The position numbers and the translations under genes were made by a program. From NCBI GenBank assembly GCA_043228905.1, contig JBHGNT010000392.1, positions 1 through 28,910 on the forward strand: a stretch of 28,910 nucleotides of DNA, in the 5' to 3' direction. This DNA is from Azolla caroliniana (taxonomy: Eukaryota; Plantae; Polypodiophyta). Positions 20,599-28,910 of the stretch are shown here, in pieces. The first letter of the stretch is position 1; each line of letters starts with the position of its first letter. Under the pieces are notes generated by a model. It did not search any database and had not been told where the DNA came from. It saw nothing but the letters and a program-made list of their open reading frames with translations.

Positions 20599-20868
20599 TG
20601 AATGAGGAAGCTCGTCGGAAGGACAAGGAGGCAATTTCCGACCCAAAGGCCTTGGTCACGGAAAGTGATATACATAGAGGGAGAGGCCGCAATCGGAGTC
20701 CGTAGAACTGAGAGAAGTCGGGGACAAGGCCGAAGTCAAGGGGGAGGCCCATGTGCTTCTACTGTGGAAAGTCGGGGCACTTCTAGAAGAATTTCCGACA
20801 CTTTCGAAAGGAGAAAGGGGGAGCCAACAATGCTGACTCAAAGAAGAGTTTGGAACGGAAAGACACAT
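20599..20868 (+). mobile_element. Copia gag/Zn-knuckle fragment of the D/G/H family
   Basis: LNEEARRKDKEAISDPKALV...KSRGRPMCFYCGKSGHF; homologous, inverted, to ~23965-24243. Confidence 0.85.
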
Positions 20869-21325
20869 TGTCAGGGTAGTTGTGGTTTGTGCGGCGAAGT
20901 CGCAGGGACTAAAGTTAAAGGAAGTTGGTTATATATTTTATAAGGCTTGTGCGTTGATGTTAGAAAGATTAAGGATAGGAAGAAGAAGAGTTAAAAGTAA
21001 TGTGTGTGAGAGAGACAAGCATAGATAAGATGACAGAGACAATGTATGATTTAAGAAGCGAAAATGTATTATAAGAACAAGCTTTATATTAGCAACACAA
21101 GGTTTTACCAAAGTTACAATGTCGATCACAAGATTCAACCTTTCTTTTGCTGAACTCTAGATTTGAACCCTTCACTCCAACTTCGAAACACAAGCCTCTT
21201 CCCAAATGAGTTAACTTGTTTGTTTAATTATATTATATCCTAACTTTCTCTTCTCCTCCCTCTTTTCCCTTTCCCTCTTTAAATAGGTGCCCGCATGCAT
21301 ATGATGCATGTGAGGGTACAAGACA
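20869..21325. repeat. Possible solo or partial LTR of another family
   Basis: TGTC...GACA termini, non-coding and LTR-like, interrupts the gag fragment abruptly; no target-site duplication found. Confidence 0.4.
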
Positions 21326-21327
21326 TG

Positions 21328-21566
21328 TGTGAGGAATAGCCTCGGCCACAACCAAGACTCAAACACTTTATGAAAGAACAAAACAGAAATGGAGGTTCGT
21401 ACACTTACACAGAGGAGACGACAGTGGGTGTTTACGTGGAAAACCCTAATAGGGAAAAACCACGGGAGCCCACAGACCCCAACTACCACTATATGAGAAA
21501 GGAGGTACAAGAGGAGACTCAGAGGCAATGGCCTCGAGCTTTGTATCTTCACCAACCGGCGACTTC

Positions 21567-21604
<38 letters not shown>

Positions 21605-21820
21605 AACTATCATACAACTACTTTCTAACCTTACAAAGTGATTGCCCTAAGTCATATTTATACTTATATGACTTTAATACTATTTACAAATATAGCCTTT
21701 ACAGGCACACAAGAAACATATTTGCAGATATGCCCTTGGATCCGGTTCACACCGGATCCATCCGGATACCTCTCGGTCCGGTCTAGTTCCTGCATTCGAT
21801 CTGGTTCCTTCCTTCGGCTC
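21328..21820 (-). repeat. 3' LTR of element D (U3 start deleted)
   Basis: Shares gggagcccacagac, gagactcagaggcaa and aaagtgattgccctaagtcatatttatacttatatgactt with 24811-25362. Confidence 0.85.
21571..21600. repeat. (CT)15 microsatellite within an LTR
   Basis: Direct reading. Confidence 0.97.
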
Positions 21821-24795
21821 GTCCGATTTGACATGTTGAACCTTTGAAGCACCTTTGTCATGTACTTCTCTTGTGACAACCACAACAACTTCTCCGACCG
21901 GTCCCGGATTATGTGCATCCCTAATATCTATCTTGTTGGACCCAAATCTTTCATTGAGAAAGTGCGGTTCAGGGCCTTCTTCAACATTCGGATCTTGATT
22001 CGGTCTTGTCCGATGATCAACATGTCGTCCACATATAGCAAGAGTATCAGGAAGTCGCCTCCGTCAAATTTCTTCACGAACACGCAATGGTCGGCTTGCG
22101 TCTTGTGGTACCCTTGGTCGGTCATGAAGGAGTCGAACTTCCGGTACCATTGCCGGGGGGCTTGCTTCAATCCGTAGAAGCTCTTCTTCAGCCAACACTC
22201 CAGTTGCTCCTTCCCTTTCTTCTCAAATCATTCAGGTTGATGCATGTAGATCTCTTCTTCGAGGTCGCCATGTAGGAATGTCGTCTTGCCGTCTAGTTGC
22301 TCTACCTTGAGGTCCATGCTTGCCGCTATGCTCAATATTGTCTGAATGGATGTCATCTTTATTATTGGGGCGAAGATCTCGTCAAAATCCACTCCTTTCT
22401 TCTATTGGAACCCCTTCACCATGATCCGGGCTTTGTACCTTGGTGGATTTCCGCCGTCTCCTGGTTTCAGCTTGGACACCCACTTGTTCCAAAGTGCCCT
22501 CTTTCCTTTCGGTAACTCCGTCAGTCCGTATGTGTGGTTCTCATGCATCTCGTCCTACATGGCACTGAACCACTTGTGGCTGTGGGTGTCTTTCTTTGCT
22601 TCTTCGAAGCTTTCCGGTTCCCCCTCATCGGTCGACAATGGTCTTGTTTTCCATGAAGACTATATCTCGACTCTAGAAGACCTTATCGTCGACCAGGTCC
22701 CACACTCGATAACCAAACTCATTATCGCCGTATCCAAGGAATATGCAGGGCTGGGATTCTAGATCCAACTTTGCTCTCTTGTCCTTTGCAACATGCACAT
22801 ATGCGAGACACCCGAACACCTTCATATGTCGGTAAGACATTTCTTTACCGGTCCATACTCTCTGTAGTGTGTCTCCTTCCAAGGGTGCCGAGGGTGACCT
22901 ATTAATCATGTACGTTGCCGCCATCAATGCCTCAACCCAAAACGTCTTGGTAACTTTGCATGTGCTAGCATGCTTCAGACTCTCTCCATTATGGTCCGGT
23001 TCATTCGTTCGGCTAGCCCATTCAATTCTGGCGTCTTCGGCACGGTGAAATTGAGCCGGAATCCCTCCGACTGATAGTACTCCTCAAACTTCCCCTGGTA
23101 TTCTCCTTCGTTATCTGCTCGAACCGCCTTCAGTTTCCAGCCGGTTTCTCTTTCCACTCTCACGTGGAGCTCCTTGAAGATAGACAACACATGATCCTTC
23201 GTCTTCAACGGTAAGACCCACAACTTCCGGCTGTGGTCATCTATGAACGTCACGAAGTACTGCGATCCAGCATGTGACTTCGTGTCGACTTGACACACAT
23301 CGGTATGCACCAGTTCCGGTGGTGCATTCCGTCTCATCGGTGGTCTTGACCGGAAGGAGGTTCGGTTTTGCTTGCCGACCAAGCAATCAGTGCACTTATC
23401 AAGATGCACGTCTTTCACCTCCGGAATGAGGTTATCTTCGGCAAGTCTTCTCATCCCCTTCTGGCTCATGTGGCACAGTCTCTTGTGCCACAACTCACTA
23501 GCAGTGTCAGATGCTACGTTCACTTCTTCCCGGAATACCCGAGCTACATCAAGTACAATGTGTTGATCTTCCGGGCTCGAGCCACAATCAAGCTTCCCTT
23601 GCTGAACTTCATTACTCCGTTCCGGATGCTACCCGTGGAGCCTTCATCATCTAGCCGACCGGCTAATATCAGGTTCATATGAACCTTCGGAATGTGTAGG
23701 ACATCCTTCAACAACAACTTGCATCTGGTTGATGTCGTCAACAACACATCTCCTATGCCAATGATTCGGCAGGTCCCTTCATTCCCCATCTAGACACAAC
23801 CGTGATCTCCGACTGTGTAGGATGAGAAGCATCTCCGGTCCGGTGTCAGGTGGAACGACGCTCCGGAATCGACAACCCACGTTGTCTCGTTGCAGACAAG
23901 GTTTAACTCATTCTCCTCGGTGATGAGCAACAGTTCTTCTTCACTTGTCGCGATTGCCGACGTTCCCTTCCGATCCGAGCCTTTCTAGTCCGAACCCTTC
24001 TTCGAATCGGCATTGTCGGTTCCTTTCTCTTTTCGGAAATGCCAAAATTTATTCTAGAAGTGCCCTAGCTTCCCACCATAGAAGCAAGTAGGCCTCCCCC
24101 TTGACTTCAACCTTGTCCCCGACTTTTCCCGGTTCTGGGGACTCCGGTACCGGTTGCTCCCCTGATTATGGTCATCTTCCACAACCAAGGCCTTCGGGTC
24201 AGTTCCGGATTCCCGGTCCTTCCGGCAAGCTTCTTCATCTAGCAAGCTCGACTTCACTCTTGCTAGGGATAGTTACTTTCCTTCTGGTCTGGCGTTGCCC
24301 AAAGTGACAACTAGCGTCTCCCAACTATTCGGGAGGGAACCGAGCAGGAGCAATGCAAGTACCTCGTCGGCCAGAGGTACTTCAAGTGAAGTTGTTTGAT
24401 TTATGAGCCCCTGAAATGCATTCATGTGCTCTACCATGCTGGATCTGTCTTGGTATTGGAGTCTCACTAACTTCCGGAATACCAAAACCCGATTTACGAC
24501 ATTTTTACTCTCCAACATGGTGCCGATTTTTTCCCAGAGCACATGAACCTTACTTTCTTCATTGAAGTTGTTGTACAGGCTCATGTTGATGAAGCACCGT
24601 ATGTATGCCGTCGTCTTCATGTGCATCACCTCCCATGTCGTGGCATCAATCTTATCCGGTTTCTTGTTCCCGAACTGTACTAGCAGCCAGAGATCTTTGA
24701 CCACGAGGATGTCCCTCATCTTCGACTTCCACATTAGGTAGTTAGAGCCGTTGAGCTTGAACATGCTTTCGAATGACTCTTCCATTTTCTTGTTC

Positions 24796-24807
24796 GCTCT
24801 GATACCA
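24796..24807 (-). promoter_or_regulatory. Primer-binding site (tRNA-iMet), element D
   Basis: gctctgatacca = reverse complement of TGGTATCAGAGC. Confidence 0.92.
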
Positions 24808-24810
24808 AAT

Positions 24811-25362
24811 TGACACGGAAATGATGCTCGACCACAACCGAGTCTTAAAACAACGAATGGAAGAGAGCAAACTGAAAATAAGATGACATAGAATGTTTAT
24901 GTGGAAAACCGTAAATAGGAAAAACCATGGGAGCCCACAGACTCCAACTATCACTATGAGGGGAGGAATACAATGTGAGACTCAGAGGCAACGACCTCGA
25001 GCTCTATGTCTTCGCTAGCCGACGGTTACAACAGAAACTAGTTCTGTATCTCTCTCTCTCTTTTTCTCACACTTTGTGTACAACGATGATACAACCACTA
25101 CTACACCATATTCACATAAAGTGATTGCCCTAAGTCATATTTATACTTATATGACTTTTGGGCTATTTACAAATATAACCTCAATAGGCTAACCATGAAA
25201 CATATTTACACATATGTCCTTCGATCCGGTTTGCATCGGATCCATCTGGATTCACTTGATCCGGTTTCCAGGTCTCATTCGGAACCCTTCCGGATCCGGT
25301 TCCTTCATCCGGCTCCTCCGGTTCTCATCCATATCCCATCCGGAAGGACCGAATTCCTAACA
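24811..25362 (-). repeat. 5' LTR of element D (552 bp, TG...CA)
   Basis: TGTTAGG...GTGTCA on minus, 3 nt from the PBS; homologous to 21328-21820 and, inverted, to 27120-27718. Confidence 0.9.
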
Positions 25363-26880
25363 AAGAATGCCTTCCTCCAAGGGGAATTAGAGGAGGAAGT
25401 GTACATGATTCAACCACCCGGCTTTGAATCGCGCAATCATCCAAACGCCACGTGTCGACTCAAGAAGCCACTCTACGGCCTCAAACAAGCATCGCGTGCG
25501 TGGCATTCGAAGATCACGTAGTACATCCGAAATGAGTCAGATAGCCCGATTTTCATCATCCTATACGTGGATGATTTCGTCATTGGAGGAAAGGATCTTG
25601 CCGAGATTAACAAGGTCAAAACACTTCTCTCCAACAAATTCAAAATGAAAGACCTGCACGAGCTCCATTACTTCTTAGGCATCGAAGTAATTCAGACACT
25701 AGTCGGGATAATGATCTCACAATGACACTACGTCCTCAACTTACCCTACAAGTTCGGGATGATGGAGTGCAAACTTGTGTCCACCCCGCTTGACTGTAAT
25801 CTCAAGCTTGATGTCGATTCTGGCACAATCGAGTGCGAGCCTAATCAGTATCGCCAATTGATTGGCAGCCTCATCTACCTAACCATTACGCGACCCGACC
25901 TCAGCTATTCGGTCGGCCTACTTAGCAAATTCATGCAGAATCCATGAAACCTTAATCTTGATTGCGCTAAGAGGGTACTTTGATACGCTAGTGGTACGAT
26001 GGATTATGGCATCAGATACAGATCAAATCGATAATTCGACTTGATGGGTACACGGACGCGGACTGGGTAGGCTATAAAGCGGGCGGATAGACGGTCAACA
26101 TTAGGATTCGTCTTCTCCCTCGGTAGTGGAGCAATCTCATGGAGTAGTAAGAAGCAACCAACAGTCGCACTATCGAGCACGGAGGCCGAATACAGGGGCG
26201 CGACAGTCGTCGTGTGCGAAACTGTATGACTCAAGCATATAATGAAGGATTTGGGCGTACCCATCAAGGATCTGATTCATCTATACTGCGACAACATGAG
26301 TAGTATCTACTTGGCGTGGAACCTTGTATTCCACGTGCGGACTAAGCATGTCGAAGTGCACTACCACTTCATCCGCGGACGCATGCAGGCCGGAGATATC
26401 AACTTACAACACATCAGCATGAATCTACATGTAGCCGACATTTTCACGAAAGCCCTGGGTATCGACAAACTTTGGTAGTTTGCGAAGAACCTTGGCACGT
26501 CTATTCCCGACCAACCGAGCTTGAGGGGGAGTAAAAAACAGTGAACCAGTCGATTGATCGAAGGCAAACAAGGAGTACGCAATTGGAAAAACCGAATAAT
26601 CGAAATTCGAAGCATTCCGAAGACCGATTCAAAACAACTCTTCGAAAACCCGGACGTTGTGTTCGAAGGGGCATGTTGAGAATCAAACTCAACTTCCCAT
26701 AAGAATAGGTTTCACACTCGCTTATGGACATACTAGGCTAGTTTTGTAAATAGTAGAAAGGGCTTTTGCCCTAGTTTAGTTGGTATTTAAACCAACCTTT
26801 TGTAACTTTGTTACTGTTGGATGATGATATACAGTCTTCTTGGTTAAGAGTTCTCTCACTCTTTCTCTCTGTTGCACACA

Positions 26881-26936
<56 letters not shown>

Positions 26937-26972
26937 CCTTCCGCTGCATACAACCACTCTCCTTTCGTTACA
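25363..26972 (+). mobile_element. 3' half of Ty1/copia element E (RT, RNase H, PPT, 3' LTR 26674-26972)
   Basis: [73 protein letters not shown]; purine tracts at 26523-26531 and 26665-26673; TGTTGAG...GTTACA. Confidence 0.9.
26883..26934. repeat. (CA)26 microsatellite within the element E LTR
   Basis: Direct reading. Confidence 0.97.
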
Positions 26973-27718
26973 ATATCATTGCCTCCGAGAGCGGGTAGAA
27001 GAAGAGGAGTTTGCTTTGTCGAAGATCCACACATCGGAGAATGGATCTGACATGCTGAAAAAGGTGTTGTTGGAGTTGGGTCAGATTAGTGGAGCCCCAT
27101 CCAAAGTGAAGGGGTAGTTTGTTGAGAATTAGGTCCCTTTTGGATGAACCGAATTCAGGATAAAGAAAAATGCTACACCCGGTCAGAAACCAGATGAACT
27201 CCAGATGAGTATTTGGAAAATATAAATAGTTTCTTGAGTCGAGCCTGCTAAGGCTAGCTATGTAAATAACCCGGAAGTTATCTAAGTATAAAGATAACTA
27301 AGGCAAAACTTTTGTAAAAATGAAGAAGAAGATAGAGGGAGTGGAGTGAGTTGAGTTGTCTTGTTCATCGCTTAGTTGAGTGTGTTTGTGTAACTATGTA
27401 CTGTGCATGCGAGGTCGTTGCCTCTACAACAGAATAGACGAAGCACAAGCGAGAGCGAGTGAGAGATATAGAGAGTGTCTCTATTGTAACCGCCTGTTGG
27501 CGAAGTGTGCAAACTCAAGGTCGGTGCCTGTGAATTCATCTTGTATCTTTCTCTCATAGTGGATTGATTCGGTGACTGTGGGCAACCGTGGTTTTCACCT
27601 GATTTAGGGTTTTTCCACATTAATATCTTGTGTACTTTCATTTCTGTTTTCTTCTGTATTTGCTTGTACCCATTCCGCATTTGACTTGGTTGTGGCCAAG
27701 TTCCCATTTCCCCCATCA
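26973..27718 (+). mobile_element. 3' tip of copia element G (RNase H end, PPT, 3' LTR 27120-27718)
   Basis: YHCLRERVEEEEFALSKIHTSENGSDML; PPT GAAGGGGTAG ~27108-27117; LTR TGTTGAGAATT...CATCA related to the D LTR. Confidence 0.87.
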
Positions 27719-28910
27719 ATATAGAGATGGAGAAAGCATTGTGGTACACATTAACACCTTCATGGGGTTGGTGAATCAACTGGCAACAACTAAGTTTCCA
27801 TTAGATGATGCTATACAGGCCTTGTTACTATTGTGTACCCTACTGGACAACTGGGAGAACATGGTGGTGTCTCTCAATACCTTGTGCCAAGAAGAAAACT
27901 TGTCCTTGCAAGTGGTAAAGACAAGTATCCTAAACGAGGAGACACGAAGGAAGAACAAGGGTGTCCTATCTCAAACGGAGGCGAATCTAGCACAACATCA
28001 TGGTAGAGGAAGAAGCAAGTAGAGAAGTCCACAAAAGAGAGACAAGTCTTATGCAAGGTCCAAGTCTAGAGGAAAGCTCACATGTTTCTATGGTGGAAAA
28101 CTTGGACACGTCCAGAAGGACTATTGACACCTTAAGAAAGACAAAGGTGCTTCGAATGATGCCGAACCCAGAAAGATTTCCGAGAAAAAGGGCACTTCAA
28201 TCGTGGCTACAAGTGAAGAAGAGCTTTTGTTCATTTGTGAGCAAGTGAGTGCAAACCTTGGAATGAAGAGTGCACTTGGGTGATTGACTCCAATGCATCA
28301 TTCCATATAACTCCCTCGAGAGAGTGTTTCTTGTCTTACACAACTGGTGATTATGGCTATGTAAAGATGGGAGACAATGGAGAATGCAAGATAGCCGGCA
28401 TCGAAAGTGTATGCTTGACAATGTCGATCGTTTGTCGGAGGACCCTGAGGGATGTCTGACATGTGCCAGATATCAGGCTGAATCTGATATCGACTGGAAG
28501 AATGGACGATGAAGGCTACAATGGTAGTTTTCGAAATGGCAAGTGGAAGTTATATTAGGGAAATCTCATAGTGGCTTGAGCACAAAAACAAGACACTTTG
28601 TACATGATGCATGCCAAGTTGTGCAAGGATGGAGAGATATGGCACAAGAGGCTTGGCCACATGAGCGAGAGAGGAATGCATATCCTCATTGACTAGAATC
28701 TTCTTCCAAAAGTAAAAGGAGTGCACTTGGAGCGATGTGTCGACTGCTTGATCGGAAAGCAAAATAGAGCTGCGTTCCACTTGAGACCACCAAAGAGAAG
28801 AGACGTTGCACTGGAACTAGTACACACAGACGTGTGCTATGTGGATGCTCCATCGCATCGTGGTGGACAATACTTTTTAACGTTCATTGACGGCTACAGT
28901 CGAAAGTTTT
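27719..28910 (+). mobile_element. Internal part of copia element H (gag C-half, Zn knuckle, protease, GAG-pre-integrase, integrase start); runs off the window
   Basis: YRDGESIVVHINTF, QALLLLCTLLDNWE, CFYGGKLGH, WVIDSNASFHIT, IWHKRLGHMS, LELVHTDVC, FLTFIDGYSRK; stops and frameshifts. Confidence 0.9.

Larger units (their letters stand above)
21328..25362 (-). mobile_element. Ty1/copia element D (Tnt1/Tork-like by motif impression), internally deleted: 5' LTR 25362-24811, PBS, gag-PR-IN-partial RT, 3' LTR ~21820-21328
   Basis: Perfect PBS TGGTATCAGAGC (24807-24796); gag ATG 24785 (KLNGSNYLMWKSKM); protease WVVDSGASFH; LWHKRLCHMS; integrase ELVHTDVC, FIDDHS, NGLAERMNRT; RT LYVDDML; RT C-terminus, RNase H and PPT missing. 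Confidence 0.93.

Noticed and set aside
19858-24307. Numerous short antisense ORFs in the GC-richer TE region
   Set aside because: Shadows of copia gag-pol coding strands
18604-26972. Elements C (5' half) and E (3' half) as one interrupted retrotransposon
   Set aside because: Their LTRs (to 18979 and 26674-26972) show no similarity by eye
26771-27117. ORFs with poly-HT or poly-CV tracts resembling metal-binding proteins
   Set aside because: Translation artefacts of the (CA)26 microsatellite

Overview
Eukaryotic land-plant genomic DNA (fern-like or other large-intron lineage; the taxon is an inference). It contains two convergent spliced host genes. The first is the 3' five coding exons of NSE4, the kleisin of the SMC5/6 complex, on + (1127-3300). 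The second is a complete 7-exon CPBP/CAAX-protease (Rce1/Abi-like) gene on - (17626-4706, about 282 aa, probable plastid transit peptide). That gene's 8.3-kb third intron is almost entirely one ancient Ty1/copia element with both LTRs still recognisable, a second nested copia in the opposite orientation, and a young rearrangement scar with a perfect 54-bp foldback. Bases 18.6-28.9 kb are a nested stack of decayed Ty1/copia retrotransposons. I found no prokaryotic systems, CRISPR arrays, rRNA or tRNA genes, and no clearly novel biological system. The most interesting signals are structural: the intronic foldback with templated-insertion scars, TE-driven intron expansion, one-sided nested insertions, and a possible unannotated divergent first exon. 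Exon boundaries and repeats were read by hand; family assignments come from motif recognition, not database searches.
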